Shown one piece after another: positions 39,678-50,095 of a stretch of DNA of 64,000 nucleotides (positions are counted from its first letter, which is position 1; each line of letters starts with the position of its first letter). The notes beneath the pieces are model-generated. The model had not been told where the DNA came from. It was given only the letters and a program-made list of their open reading frames with translations, and searched no databases. The position numbers and the translations under genes are program-made. The stretch is from Acidobacteriota bacterium (GTDB lineage Bacteria; Acidobacteriota; Polarisedimenticolia; SMYD01), in contig JBHHZI010000003.1 in NCBI GenBank assembly GCA_046757965.1, positions 795-64,794 on the forward strand, given 5' to 3'.

Positions 39678-40847
39678 GTGACGCCGCACGCCATTTACCT
39701 TGATCACCACGCGACGACGCCGGTGGACCCCAGGGTGGTGGACGCCATGCTGCCATTCTTCACCGTCTCGTTCGGCAACCCCGCATCCCGCACTCACGCC
39801 TTCGGATGGGAAGCCGCCCAGGCCGTCGAGAACAGCCGCGCGCAGGTCGCCACACTCATCGGGGCTTCGCCGGAAGAGATCGTCTTCACCTCGGGCGCCA
39901 CCGAGTCGAACAACCTGGCGATCTTCGGCGCGATCGAGGGATATGGAGTCCGGCAGATCGTGACCGCAAGGACCGAGCACCCGTCGGTGCTCGAACCGGT
40001 GCAGCACATCTCCAGGGGTAGCGATTGTCGCGTGCGGTACCTGCCCCTCGATCGCCACGGCATCATCCCGGCAGAGAGCGTTTCGCCGGTTCCCGGCCGC
40101 GAGGCGGTCCTCGTATCGGTGATGCTTGCCAGCAACGAGATCGGTACGATCCAGGACCTGGCGGCTCTGGGGCGGATCCTGAAGCGCCCCGGGGTCATCA
40201 TCCATAGCGATGCGGCACAGGCCGTGGGACACATTCCCGTGGATGTGAACGCTCTCGGGGTCGATCTGCTCTCGCTGTCGGCGCACAAGCTGCACGGGCC
40301 GAAGGGAGTCGGGGCGCTCTATGTCCGCGACCCCGGCGCGCTCCCCGGGCTTGCGCCGCGTGTCCGGGGAGGAGGTCAGGAGCGCGACATTCGCGCCGGC
40401 ACCCTGAACGTCCCGGGAATCGTCGGCCTCGGAGCGGCATGCGCCATCTGCGCCGATGAGATGGCCACCGAGACCCGCCGTGTGGCCATGCTGCGCGATC
40501 GGCTGCAACAGCGCCTGATCACATCCATCGAGGGCGTCACGCTCAACGGTCATCCCGAGCGGCGGCTGCCGGGCAATCTCAATCTGTGCCTGAGTGGGGT
40601 CGATGGCGAGGCACTGATCGGGGATCTCGACAACGTCGCCCTCTCCACCGGTTCTGCCTGCTCATCCGCCGACGCCACACCGTCTCATGTACTTCTCGCC
40701 CTGGACCAGTCGCCCGACCAGGCCCGATCGGCGGTCCGCTTCGGGCTGGGGCGCTTCACGACGGTTGACGAGATCGACACCGTCGCTGACCGCGTGGTGC
40801 GCAGCGTGGATCGACTCCGGAGGCTGTCACCCTTCGACCGGCCCTGA
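39678..40847 (+). CDS. iscS: cysteine desulfurase (class V aminotransferase, IscS/NifS)
   Basis: PLP-lysine region SLSAHKLHGPKGVGAL, and SSGSACSS active-site Cys. Confidence 0.85.
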   Translation: MTPHAIYLDHHATTPVDPRVVDAMLPFFTVSFGNPASRTHAFGWEAAQAVENSRAQVATLIGASPEEIVFTSGATESNNLAIFGAIEGYGVRQIVTARTEHPSVLEPVQHISRGSDCRVRYLPLDRHGIIPAESVSPVPGREAVLVSVMLASNEIGTIQDLAALGRILKRPGVIIHSDAAQAVGHIPVDVNALGVDLLSLSAHKLHGPKGVGALYVRDPGALPGLAPRVRGGGQERDIRAGTLNVPGIVGLGAACAICADEMATETRRVAMLRDRLQQRLITSIEGVTLNGHPERRLPGNLNLCLSGVDGEALIGDLDNVALSTGSACSSADATPSHVLLALDQSPDQARSAVRFGLGRFTTVDEIDTVADRVVRSVDRLRRLSPFDRP

Positions 40848-41444
40848 CACCTCCCCCAGTGCCGTGTAATCGGCCGGCGTGTCGATGTCCTGGAGAATCC
40901 CCGGGCCGGCGGGCACCTCCACGACCCGGTCCGGATCCGCCCGCACCACCGCCCGGGCACCCACCCGTTCCGGGGCCGACCGGATCTCGCCGAAGAGACC
41001 GACACCGAACAGCACCGGATGCCCGCGCCGACCGGCATGCACCGGCACGACGATCTTCCGGGGCGACGACCTGTCCGCGAGCGCCGCCAGATCCGAGCGG
41101 CTCACGGCGGGATGATCCACCGGGCAGAGAAACACGCCGGAAATCCGTTCCGGAAGGGCGTCGAGCCCCAGAATGAACGACGACAGCATCCCACGCTCGG
41201 GGTGCGGATTGGTCACCACGTGAACCCCGGTCACGTCGGTCATCGCCTCGATGCGCTGCCGGTCGTGCCCGAGGACCACGGCCACCTCATCAGTTCCCGC
41301 GGCCCGCAGCAGGGCCAGCCAGCGGGCCAGGAACGATGTCCCCTGATACTCCAGGAGCGCCTTGGGCCGCCCCATGCGGGAGGACTCCCCCGCGGCGAGC
41401 ACCACGGCACCGGGCCGGCCGATCCTGCTTGTCGTCACCGTCAC
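40827..41444 (-). CDS. MobA/MocA-like nucleotidyltransferase (molybdenum cofactor nucleotidyltransferase family)
   Basis: GAVVLAAGESSRMG N-terminal motif. Only the C-terminal ~205 aa of listed ORF 40827..43010 are real; the rest is antisense to the kinase gene. Confidence 0.55.
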   Translation of the reverse strand: MTVTTSRIGRPGAVVLAAGESSRMGRPKALLEYQGTSFLARWLALLRAAGTDEVAVVLGHDRQRIEAMTDVTGVHVVTNPHPERGMLSSFILGLDALPERISGVFLCPVDHPAVSRSDLAALADRSSPRKIVVPVHAGRRGHPVLFGVGLFGEIRSAPERVGARAVVRADPDRVVEVPAGPGILQDIDTPADYTALGEVSGPVEG

Positions 41445-41540
41445 ATCGTGACTATACTCCTCTTTTCCACGCGGTCGCCCTCCCATGTCCGCCGAATCCG
41501 GTCTCCTCAACTCGACACCGCACCGCGCGAGCCGCTGCCC

Positions 41541-43676
41541 ATGACGTCGAACAGGTCGCAGGTCGGAGCACAGGACGCCGAACTCGCCACTGTCCTCGAC
41601 AGCCTGCGTGAAGCCGTCTTCACACTGGGAATCGACGGCCGGTTCCGCCGCGCCAGTGCGGCCGCCACCCGTCTGTTCGGCATCCCACGAGACGCATGGG
41701 AGGGCATGCCTCTCACCGATCTGCCGATGGCTTCCGAGACGGCCCGTCAGCTCGACGACCTGCACGCGCGGGCCGTGGAGCAGGAGGACCTGGCCGAGAG
41801 CGAGCTGACGATGCGTCACCTCTCCGGTCGCCCGTTTCCCGCCGAGACCACCATGGTCCTCCGGCGTGACGCCGATGGCAGGGAATCCGGCCAGGTCCTG
41901 GTCGTACGCGATATCAGTCACCGGAAGAACAACGAGGCGCAGGTGCTGCGGCGTACGCGTCAGCTCTCCATCCTGCACGAGGTGGGCAGTCTGGTGAACC
42001 GGCAACTCGACCTGAACACCGTGCTGTCGTCGGCTCTCGAGCGCCTCCGGCAGCTGGTCCACTGCGACGTTGCCGCTTTCTTCATCAACGCCGCCGGTCA
42101 GGAAGGCGTGATGTTGAGATTGCAGGAAGGAAGTGGCGTGGCGCAGGAACTGCTCGAGCGGGAACGCCGTCGGGAGCGCTCCACCGGTCCCGAATGGCGT
42201 GCCGCCCACCGCCGGGAGGTGGTGCTGCACGAGAATGTGCAGGACAGCTCCACCGCAGCCACCGGACTTCTGGCGGATGCGCGAGTCCGGGCCGCGGCGT
42301 ACCTTCCGATCGAGACGCGAGGCCGACTCTTCGGCATCCTCGCGCTCGGCCGCCAGGACAATGCTCCGTTCTCGAGCGAGGATCTCGACCTGTTCCTGCC
42401 GCTGGGGCAGCTTCTGGCGACCGCCGTCGAGAACGCGCAGCTCGTTGACGGGCTGCGCCGACTCAACGAACAGCTCGTGGCGCTGCACGAGCTGTCCGCG
42501 CGCCTGGCCAGCAACGTCTCCGAGGCCCACGCGGAGCGAGAGACACTGTCGTCCCTGGCGCACAGCCTCGGCGGGCGCGCCGTCTTGCTCTTCATGCCCG
42601 ATGCCTCCGGCCAACACCTGCGCCTCCGCTCCTCCGTCGGGCTGCCTGCGTCGCTGCGCCAGGATCTCTCGGTCTCGCTGGAGATTCCGCTGGACGACGA
42701 CCCGGACGACCCGGCCGCCCGCGCGTTCCTGTCTCACCAGATGGTGGAGCACACGGGGTTCGGCAGCCCGCCCGGTGTTGAGGGCTGGAAATACCTGACC
42801 GACGTGATTCCGCTCAAGTCCCTGGTGGCCGCTCCGGTGCGCCACCGCGACGAGGCCCTCGGCGCGGTCTGCGTGGGGTTCACTGTCTATCGTGCCCTTG
42901 ATGACGATGAGCGCCGGCTGGTTCACATGGCCCTGCGGAGTGCCGGAGCGTTCATCTCCAACGCCCGCCTGTTCAGCGATCTCGAGAAACACCGCCACAG
43001 CCTGGCGCATCTGTCGTCACAGATCCTCACGGCCCAGGAGGAAGAACGGCGACATCTCAGCCGCGAGCTCCACGACGGCATCGGACAATCGCTGTCAGCG
43101 CTGAAGCTCGGAATCGAGATGATGGCGCGGGACAAGAACTCCCTGTCCGACTCCATACGCGAGGATCTGCAGCGCACCCTCGGCATCGCCTCGGATACCA
43201 TCGCCGAACTCAGACGGATCTCTCACGACCTGCGACCGTCGATCCTCGACGACCTCGGGCTCATTCCGACGTTGCGCTGGTTTGCCCGACGATTCACGGA
43301 GCAGACCGGCGCCGAGGTCAGTGTCGAGGTGCGCGGAGACGGGCGGGGTATCGCCCCCCGCCAGGACGTGAATCTGTACCGGATCGTCCAGGAGGGGTTG
43401 AACAACGCCGTGACACACGGCAAGGCCCGCCGCATCCGGGTGGCCATCGATATCGACACGTCCATGCTGAAGATGGTCATCACCGACGACGGCTGTGGGT
43501 TCGACGCGTCGGCCGTGCCGTCCGCGGAATCGCCGGGGCTCGGGTTGGCCAGCATCAAGGAACGAATTAACCTGATGGGGGGTCGCTTCCGCACCAAGAC
43601 CAGACCAGGTGCCGGAACGAGTCTGATCATCGAGGTACCTTCAACGGACACCACCCCAACGCGGCCCGGCTCCTGA
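41541..43676 (+). CDS. cytoplasmic sensor histidine kinase: PAS, GAF x2, HisKA_3, HATPase
   Basis: H-box LSRELHDGIGQSL (NarX/DegS type) and G-box DDGCGF..GLGL. There are no TM segments. Confidence 0.8.
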   Translation: MTSNRSQVGAQDAELATVLDSLREAVFTLGIDGRFRRASAAATRLFGIPRDAWEGMPLTDLPMASETARQLDDLHARAVEQEDLAESELTMRHLSGRPFPAETTMVLRRDADGRESGQVLVVRDISHRKNNEAQVLRRTRQLSILHEVGSLVNRQLDLNTVLSSALERLRQLVHCDVAAFFINAAGQEGVMLRLQEGSGVAQELLERERRRERSTGPEWRAAHRREVVLHENVQDSSTAATGLLADARVRAAAYLPIETRGRLFGILALGRQDNAPFSSEDLDLFLPLGQLLATAVENAQLVDGLRRLNEQLVALHELSARLASNVSEAHAERETLSSLAHSLGGRAVLLFMPDASGQHLRLRSSVGLPASLRQDLSVSLEIPLDDDPDDPAARAFLSHQMVEHTGFGSPPGVEGWKYLTDVIPLKSLVAAPVRHRDEALGAVCVGFTVYRALDDDERRLVHMALRSAGAFISNARLFSDLEKHRHSLAHLSSQILTAQEEERRHLSRELHDGIGQSLSALKLGIEMMARDKNSLSDSIREDLQRTLGIASDTIAELRRISHDLRPSILDDLGLIPTLRWFARRFTEQTGAEVSVEVRGDGRGIAPRQDVNLYRIVQEGLNNAVTHGKARRIRVAIDIDTSMLKMVITDDGCGFDASAVPSAESPGLGLASIKERINLMGGRFRTKTRPGAGTSLIIEVPSTDTTPTRPGS

Positions 43677-43694
43677 CGACACGAGGAGGTCGAA

Positions 43695-44372
43695 GTGACC
43701 GAGGACGATACCCAGAACGAATCGCCCATCCGGGTCTTCATCGCCGACGACCACACGCTGTTTCGCCAGGGAGTTCGCCGGCTCCTGGAGGACACGGAGA
43801 TCGCGGAGGTCATCGGCGAGGCCGCTGACGGCGCCGATGCTGTCCGGAAGGTGGTCGAGTGCTCACCGGACGTCGTGCTGATGGATATCTCGATGCCACA
43901 CCTCAACGGCATCGAGGCCACCCGACAGATCCTGAAGAAGACTCCGGAGCAGCGCATTCTCATCCTGACGATGCACGACAACGAGAAATACATCGGCCAG
44001 ATCCTGCGCGCGGGAGCCGCAGGATACCTGCTCAAGGATACGCCGAGCAACGATTTTCTCTCCGCTATCAAGGCAGTGCATCGCGGCGACTCCTACCTGT
44101 CGCCGTCGGTGTCGCGCAAGATCCTCGACGGTCTCTTCCAGGATCGAGAATCGCGTGGAAGGCGCACCGGAGTCGATCTACTCACACCGAGAGAACGAGA
44201 AATCCTCACACTGCTGGCCGAGGGCAAGTCGAACCGAGAGATTGCGGAATTGTTGTTCATCAGTCCGAAGACAGTGGACGTGCACCGGACGAACATCATG
44301 AAGAAGCTCGATATCCACAGCATCGTCCAGCTCGTCAAGTACGCCATACACCAGGGCCTCGTCGAGATCTGA
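43695..44372 (+). CDS. NarL/FixJ-family response regulator (REC + LuxR HTH)
   Basis: IRVFIADDH, DVVLMDISMP, and a LuxR-type HTH. Confidence 0.85.
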   Translation: MTEDDTQNESPIRVFIADDHTLFRQGVRRLLEDTEIAEVIGEAADGADAVRKVVECSPDVVLMDISMPHLNGIEATRQILKKTPEQRILILTMHDNEKYIGQILRAGAAGYLLKDTPSNDFLSAIKAVHRGDSYLSPSVSRKILDGLFQDRESRGRRTGVDLLTPREREILTLLAEGKSNREIAELLFISPKTVDVHRTNIMKKLDIHSIVQLVKYAIHQGLVEI

Positions 44373-44501
44373 CCGCCGTCCCGGGTCGTGCCGGCCCGAC
44401 CCCCGCTACTCCCCTCGCCATGCCCCTGCCATGTTCCTGTATGTCCGCCTAAGGGACTCACCCGATTTACATGGCCTTCCACGAATCCTTATTGTTTGTA
44501 C

Positions 44502-45170
44502 GTGAGTTCCGCTGAGGCATCGTCGACCTCCGGGGACGGCCCCACTCGCGTCCTGCTTGTCGATGACCACACGCTGTTCCGGGAGGGCGTCGCCCGCCTG
44601 CTGGCGGAGGACGGTGCCATCACGGTGGTCGGAGAGGCCGCCACCTCCGAGGCCGCGATCGAGTCCTGTCGGGACCTCGAACCGGATCTCGTCGTGATGG
44701 ATCTGATGATGCCCGGCACGGGTGGGATCGAGGTCACCCGGACACTCCGCAAGGCGCATCCAGATCTCAGGATCCTGGTGCTCTCCCTCCATCGGGATCG
44801 TGCGTACGTGGCCCGATCCCGGCAGGCCGGCGCCAACGGATACCTGCCAAAGGACATCGATCTCGACACATTGCTGCATGCCCTGAGGCAGGTGGCGGAC
44901 GGAGAGGATGTTTTCCCCGAGGACTCACAAGATGCGGAGGAGGTGGCCGGACGGACCGGAAAGCGCCCACGAACCCACCTGACGCCCCGGGAGACCGAGG
45001 TCCTCAGCCTCGTTGCGGAGGGTCTGTCCACGCGCCAGGTGGCCGACCGGCTGGGCATCAGCCCCAGGACGGTCGAGGCCCACCGGCGTGTCATCACCCA
45101 GAAGGTCGGCGAGAAGAAACTGGCGAATCTCGTCCGCTACGCCATCCGCCAGGGGCTCGTATCCCCCTGA
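44502..45170 (+). CDS. second NarL/FixJ-family response regulator
   Basis: RVLLVDDH, LVVMDLMMP, and a LuxR HTH. GTG start at V39 of the listed ORF. Confidence 0.8.
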   Translation: MSSAEASSTSGDGPTRVLLVDDHTLFREGVARLLAEDGAITVVGEAATSEAAIESCRDLEPDLVVMDLMMPGTGGIEVTRTLRKAHPDLRILVLSLHRDRAYVARSRQAGANGYLPKDIDLDTLLHALRQVADGEDVFPEDSQDAEEVAGRTGKRPRTHLTPRETEVLSLVAEGLSTRQVADRLGISPRTVEAHRRVITQKVGEKKLANLVRYAIRQGLVSP

Positions 45171-45183
45171 CGCGCCCCCTGTT

Positions 45184-45212
45184 TTGACGCACCCGGGGTG
45201 ACGTGCTAAGTT
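45184..45212 (+). promoter_or_regulatory. candidate sigma-70 promoter for rpsU (TTGACG - 17 nt - TAAGTT)
   Basis: Hexamers and spacing read from the sequence, about 75 nt upstream of rpsU. Confidence 0.35.
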
Positions 45213-45286
45213 TCCCCTTTGCCTCCGGCCTGTCCGGGATTCACCCTGCATGAGCAGGAACCATCGTCGCGAGGAACCGTTTTGTC

Positions 45287-45490
45287 ATGCCTGAAAACGT
45301 CGAGGTCAGGGTCAAGGACGACCTGGAGAAGGCGCTGAGGAAGTTCCGGCGCAAGTTCGAGGCCGCCGGCATCCTGCGGGATATCAAGCAGCACATGGCG
45401 TTCGAGAAGCCGAGTGAGCGACGTCGGCGCAAGCAGCGCATGGCCATCCGCCGGCTTCGCAAGCAACTCGCCCGTCAGGAAGAGGAGTAA
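45287..45490 (+). CDS. rpsU: 30S ribosomal protein S21
   Basis: MPENVEVRVKDDLEKALRKFRRKFEAAGILRDIKQHMAFEKPSERRRRK is a bS21 signature. Confidence 0.85.
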   Translation: MPENVEVRVKDDLEKALRKFRRKFEAAGILRDIKQHMAFEKPSERRRRKQRMAIRRLRKQLARQEEE

Positions 45491-45503
45491 GCGCTCCGAC
45501 ACC

Positions 45504-46163
45504 TCAACGCGTGTGTCGGGGTCGCCGCTCCCAGGTCGCCTGATGGATCGTCCGACCGGCCGCCCTGTACTTGACCTCGTAGTTCGTGTGCCCGCTCTCG
45601 CCTGCCGGGAGACGCCCCTCCAGCGCGAAGCCGGCGCGACGCTGGAAACAGCGGTGGCTCGAGACCAGTGAATCAATCCTCTCGAAGTACTCGGTGAAGT
45701 CGGTGGCCACGTTGAGGACCCCGCCGTCCGCCAGGACCCGTGCAATGCCCTCGACGAACGAGGGATGGAACAGCCGGCGTTTCCTGTGGCGCTTCTTCGG
45801 CCACGGGTCCGGAAACAGGACGTGCACCGCCTGCAGGGAGCCCGACGCCAGACGAGCCTGCACGATCTCGTCGGCATCCGCTCTCACGAGACGCAGGTTC
45901 GGCAGAGCGCGCCGCCGGGCCCGCTCCCGCGCGATGTTCAGGTAGCGACGGGCCCGCTCGACTGCCAGAAAATTCCGCCCGGGGTACTTCTCGGCACAGT
46001 GGATGATGAAACGGCCCTTACCGCAGCCGATCTCCATCTCCAGCGGCAGCACCCGGGGAAAGATCCCTGACACGTCGCCGTCCACGGCAACGCCATCCAG
46101 ATACACACCGACGTGCCACCTGGCGGACGGCGAGCACGGTCGGGGATCAACGCATGGAGCCAT
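45504..46163 (-). CDS. trmB: tRNA (guanine-N7)-methyltransferase
   Basis: EIGCGKG SAM motif and the LFPDPWPKKRHRKRR motif. Confidence 0.8.
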   Translation of the reverse strand: MAPCVDPRPCSPSARWHVGVYLDGVAVDGDVSGIFPRVLPLEMEIGCGKGRFIIHCAEKYPGRNFLAVERARRYLNIARERARRRALPNLRLVRADADEIVQARLASGSLQAVHVLFPDPWPKKRHRKRRLFHPSFVEGIARVLADGGVLNVATDFTEYFERIDSLVSSHRCFQRRAGFALEGRLPAGESGHTNYEVKYRAAGRTIHQATWERRPRHTR

Positions 46164-46185
46164 GCACGGGATGGTATCGCACCAT

Positions 46186-47196
46186 CTACATGTGCGACTT
46201 GCCGGAAGCCTCGTCTACTCCGAGCTGGTCGAGGACCCGCCGATCCATCCGCCAGCGGGGAGCCACCTTCACCCAGACGTTCAACATGACCGGAACGTGC
46301 AGGAGAGCCTGCATCTGCAGACGGGCGGCGGAGGCAATCTCCTTCATCATGGCTCCCGACCGCCCGATCAGAATGGCCTTCTGTGACTCCTTTTCGACCA
46401 GCACGAGAGTGTCCAGCTCCACGCGGCCGGCGGCGGTCTCGTGGAATCGTTCCACCAGAACCGCGGTCGAATGAGGGAGCTCATCGCGCGTGTGAATGAT
46501 GACCTGTTCGCGCAGCAATTCGGCCACCAGGAAGCGCTCGGGCGCATCCGTGAGTTCGTCCCGGGGGAAGAGAGGGGCTCGAACCGGCAGGATCCTCCGG
46601 ATGCGATCCTCGAGACGGTCGATGTTCTCTCCCGTCTGCGCCGAGACGGGAATCACCTCGGCGAACTCATTGTCGTGGGTCACACGCGCGATGAGCGGCA
46701 GCAGTGACGGCCTGGACATCCGGTCGATCTTGTTGATGACCAGGAACACCGGCTCGCAGCGGCGGGCGGCAAGATCCATGACATAACGATCACCGGGCCC
46801 GAGCCCGGCAGGTCCATCGATGATCACGAGAAGGATGTCCATCCCCTCGAGGCCGGCCAGCGCGGCCGCGACCATGCGGCGGTTCATGGCAAATCGAGGA
46901 CGGTGAATCCCGGGCGTATCCATGAAGATCACCTGGGCATCCGGGTAGGAGCGGATGCCCTGCACACGATTGCGCGTGGTCTGGGCCACATCGGTGACGA
47001 TGGCCACTTTCCGGCCCACCATCCGGTTCAAGAGCGTTGATTTCCCCACGTTCGACCGGCCGAAGAGCGTCACGAAGCCGCAGCGGTGGGCGGGGCACGG
47101 CGGCGACTCATCCGCGGCGGCACCGTCCACATGGTGCGCCGGCTCCGGACCCCGGCTCACCGCCGATCTCCTGATCCCACCCTGGGCGGCTGGCAT
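46186..47196 (-). CDS. era: GTPase Era
   Basis: G1 GRSNVGKST, G3 DTPG, G4 NKID, and a C-terminal KH domain. Confidence 0.85.
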   Translation of the reverse strand: MPAAQGGIRRSAVSRGPEPAHHVDGAAADESPPCPAHRCGFVTLFGRSNVGKSTLLNRMVGRKVAIVTDVAQTTRNRVQGIRSYPDAQVIFMDTPGIHRPRFAMNRRMVAAALAGLEGMDILLVIIDGPAGLGPGDRYVMDLAARRCEPVFLVINKIDRMSRPSLLPLIARVTHDNEFAEVIPVSAQTGENIDRLEDRIRRILPVRAPLFPRDELTDAPERFLVAELLREQVIIHTRDELPHSTAVLVERFHETAAGRVELDTLVLVEKESQKAILIGRSGAMMKEIASAARLQMQALLHVPVMLNVWVKVAPRWRMDRRVLDQLGVDEASGKSHM

Positions 47197-48476
47197 TGCC
47201 GGATCCGGACCCGGCGCACACGCCGCTCGTCGGCGTCCAGGATCTGAACGACCGCGCCTTCATACTCGATCTGCTCTCCCTTGCGGGGCAGGCGACCAAG
47301 AAGAGACGTCACCAGTCCACCCACCGTGTCCACATCCTCGGCGGAGACATGAACGCCGGCGAGCCGCGCCATCTCGTCCACGTCGGCCAGCCCGGACACT
47401 AGCCACACGCCTTCCTTTTCCTCGACGATGTCCCGCTCTCCGTCATCATGCTCATCGTCGATCTCGCCGACGATCTCCTCCACCATGTCCTCGATGGTGA
47501 CCAGGCCGGCCGTTCCGCCATACTCGTCGATGACAATCGCAAACGCCGTTCGCGCCTTCTGCATCTCCCGGAGCAGATCCTTCACCTGCTTGGTCTCCGG
47601 AACGAACATCACGGGACGGACGTACGACTCGATGGACGTGGAACCGGCCTCCGCCCAGACCGGGAGCAGATCCTTGAGGCTGACGACGCCCTCGATCTGA
47701 TCGATCGATGCGCCGAGAACCGGTAGGCGGGAATGATTCGACTCCACGAACTTGCGGCGCACCTCTTCCAGCGGCGCGGAGCGGTCAACCACGACCATCT
47801 CCATGCGGGGGCACATGACCTCCCGGACGATGGTGTCGCCAAAATCCACCACGTTACGCACGAGATCCCCCTCTCCCTCCTCGAGGATGCCCTCCTCCTC
47901 GCCCATCGAGACGAAGGCGTGGACCTCCTGCTGGATATCGTCATCGGTTCGTGGTGCTCCCTCCGCGTGGAATCGACCGGCGATCCGGCGGGTGACCCCG
48001 TCGATGAGCAGCACGACCGGGAGCAGCGCCGTCGCGACCACGCCGGCAACCGGGGCTGAGATCGCCACCGCACGATGAGGGACCAGAGCCACGATCAGGC
48101 GGGCGAGGATCGTCCTCAGGACGATGACGAGCACCGCCCCCGAGGCGAGAAAGGCCACCATGACCCGCCAGCCCACCGCCAGGCCCGGCCAGAGGCGTTG
48201 CACGAGGTCCGCCGTGAGCAGGGCGGTGAGAATGAGAATGGAGTGGAAGGCGATCTGGACGCCGAGCTGGATCGCCTCACGCCCGCCGGGCCGTCCCCAG
48301 CGCCTCAGGAATGGTCCGGGCAGGCCCGCATCCTCGAAGACGCTGGCAATCCGGATCCGGGACAGATCGTTGTGGGCAGCGCGAAACATCGCCAGCAGGA
48401 AGTACAGGGCCGCCAGACCTCCGACGGCCAGCCCTTCCCAGGTCGCGGACGACAGGACGCCACTCATTCCGGGCAT
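47157..48476 (-). CDS. CorC/HlyC-family transporter (DUF21 + tandem CBS + CorC_HlyC)
   Basis: Domain order read from the translation. Confidence 0.8.
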   Translation of the reverse strand: MPGMSGVLSSATWEGLAVGGLAALYFLLAMFRAAHNDLSRIRIASVFEDAGLPGPFLRRWGRPGGREAIQLGVQIAFHSILILTALLTADLVQRLWPGLAVGWRVMVAFLASGAVLVIVLRTILARLIVALVPHRAVAISAPVAGVVATALLPVVLLIDGVTRRIAGRFHAEGAPRTDDDIQQEVHAFVSMGEEEGILEEGEGDLVRNVVDFGDTIVREVMCPRMEMVVVDRSAPLEEVRRKFVESNHSRLPVLGASIDQIEGVVSLKDLLPVWAEAGSTSIESYVRPVMFVPETKQVKDLLREMQKARTAFAIVIDEYGGTAGLVTIEDMVEEIVGEIDDEHDDGERDIVEEKEGVWLVSGLADVDEMARLAGVHVSAEDVDTVGGLVTSLLGRLPRKGEQIEYEGAVVQILDADERRVRRVRIRQCQPPRVGSGDRR

Positions 48477-48973
48477 TCCTCGCCGAGGTGGCCTCGAACC
48501 AGGACCCGGCCGGGGTGGTCCGGCATCACGGCGGCCCGGATCCGGTACTCCTCCTCGTTCATCTCCCCCGCGTCGGTTTCATGGTCCATGCCCCGCAGGT
48601 GCAGAAAGCCGTGAATGAGAAGGTACCGGAACTCCGTCGCAACTGCATGGTGCCGCTGGGCGGCCTGCCGGGCCACCTTGCCGGTGGCCAGGATCATGTC
48701 GCCGCTGGCCCGGGCGGTCCGCGGCCCGCCTTCGAGAGGAAACGTGAGGACGTCGGTGACCCGATCCCGTCCGCGGTATGTCCTGTTCAGCTGCCGCACC
48801 TCCCGGTCGGCAGCCAGGACGACGGTGATCTCCCCGCGATCCACGCCGGCCGCCGCCGCGACATCGGCAAGAAACGACTCGAAGTAGTCGGTCCGGGCCG
48901 ACTCCGCGTCCGCACGCTGCAGGATGGTGATCTCGAGCCCGGAGCCCGGAGGGTCGGCGTCTTCTTCAGCCAT
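48464..48973 (-). CDS. ybeY: rRNA maturation endoribonuclease YbeY
   Basis: HGFLHLRGMDHE zinc motif. The start is at M85 of the listed ORF. Confidence 0.8.
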   Translation of the reverse strand: MAEEDADPPGSGLEITILQRADAESARTDYFESFLADVAAAAGVDRGEITVVLAADREVRQLNRTYRGRDRVTDVLTFPLEGGPRTARASGDMILATGKVARQAAQRHHAVATEFRYLLIHGFLHLRGMDHETDAGEMNEEEYRIRAAVMPDHPGRVLVRGHLGEECPE

Positions 48974-50003
48974 GGTCCTGGTCCGGGCCGGCGCCGTTTC
49001 GGCCACCTGCAGCCCGGTGGCGCGCCGGCCCCGTCTGATGACGCTCGTAGGCCCCGATGATCTCCCGCACCAGGGGGTGCCGGACGACGTCGTCGCGATC
49101 GAAGTAGATGAATGTGATCTCCTTGATTCTCCGCAAGATCTCCTGGACCTCGACCAGCCCCGAGACCTTTCCGGGCGGTAGATCGATCTGGGTGATGTCG
49201 CCGGTGACCGCGGTCCGCGTGCCAAACCCGATACGCGTCAGGAGCATCTTCATCTGCTCACTGGTGCAGTTCTGCGCCTCGTCGAGGATGACGAACGCCT
49301 GATTCAGCGTCCGGCCGCGCATGAAGGCCAGCGGCGCGATCTCGATGACGCCCTTGGACATGTAGGTCTGCGCCTGCTCGCGATCGACCAGACTGTAGAG
49401 AGAATCATACAGCGGCCGCAGGTACGGATTGACCTTCTCGGCCAGATCCCCCGGCAAGAATCCCAGCTTCTCGCCGGCTTCCACCGCCGGCCGGGCCAGC
49501 ACGATCCGGTCGACCTTGCCCTCCGAGAGGAATTCCAGCGCCATGGCCATGGCGAGAAAGGTCTTCCCGGTGCCGGCCGGTCCAATGCCGAAGACCATGT
49601 CCCCGGACCGGATCGAGCGGATGTAATCCGCCTGGTGCACGCTCTGTGGCGACACGCTGCGGCCCCCGGCCACATGGATGCGGTTGGTGACCAGGTAGTC
49701 TTCCAGCGACGCATCGTGGTCCTGTCGGATCAGGCGAGCGGCGGAGAGCACATCTGCCTTGCGCACGGTGTGCCCGCCCCGGACCAGCTCGCCCAGCTGG
49801 CTGAGGAGCGAGGCCACCAGGCGTTCGCCTTCCGCCGACCCGTCCACGGTGAACTCGCCACCGCGTACCGACAGATGCACATCGAAGGTCTTCTCGAGAT
49901 GGCGCAGGTTCTCGTCGTAGGCGCCAAGCAGGGTATCCACTCCGTGATCCGGGAGAGTCAGCTTGCGCATCAGCTCGACGACCGGCCGCGCCGGAGATGG
50001 CAT
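48966..50003 (-). CDS. phoH: PhoH-like ATPase
   Basis: Walker A GPAGTGKTF, and a Walker B region. Confidence 0.85.
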   Translation of the reverse strand: MPSPARPVVELMRKLTLPDHGVDTLLGAYDENLRHLEKTFDVHLSVRGGEFTVDGSAEGERLVASLLSQLGELVRGGHTVRKADVLSAARLIRQDHDASLEDYLVTNRIHVAGGRSVSPQSVHQADYIRSIRSGDMVFGIGPAGTGKTFLAMAMALEFLSEGKVDRIVLARPAVEAGEKLGFLPGDLAEKVNPYLRPLYDSLYSLVDREQAQTYMSKGVIEIAPLAFMRGRTLNQAFVILDEAQNCTSEQMKMLLTRIGFGTRTAVTGDITQIDLPPGKVSGLVEVQEILRRIKEITFIYFDRDDVVRHPLVREIIGAYERHQTGPARHRAAGGRNGAGPDQDHG

Positions 50004-50095
50004 GCGCGACCGAGGGTATGACCAGATGGAAGTGGGAGAATCGTCGCCGGCCGGTTCGCCTGGGCGGCAGCCCGCGTTGGAAGTCGAATCACACT

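Noticed and set aside
41444-43010. N-terminal 520 aa of listed minus ORF 40827..43010
   Set aside because: Antisense to the histidine kinase gene. Only the C-terminal MobA-like 205 aa form a coherent domain with a plausible start.
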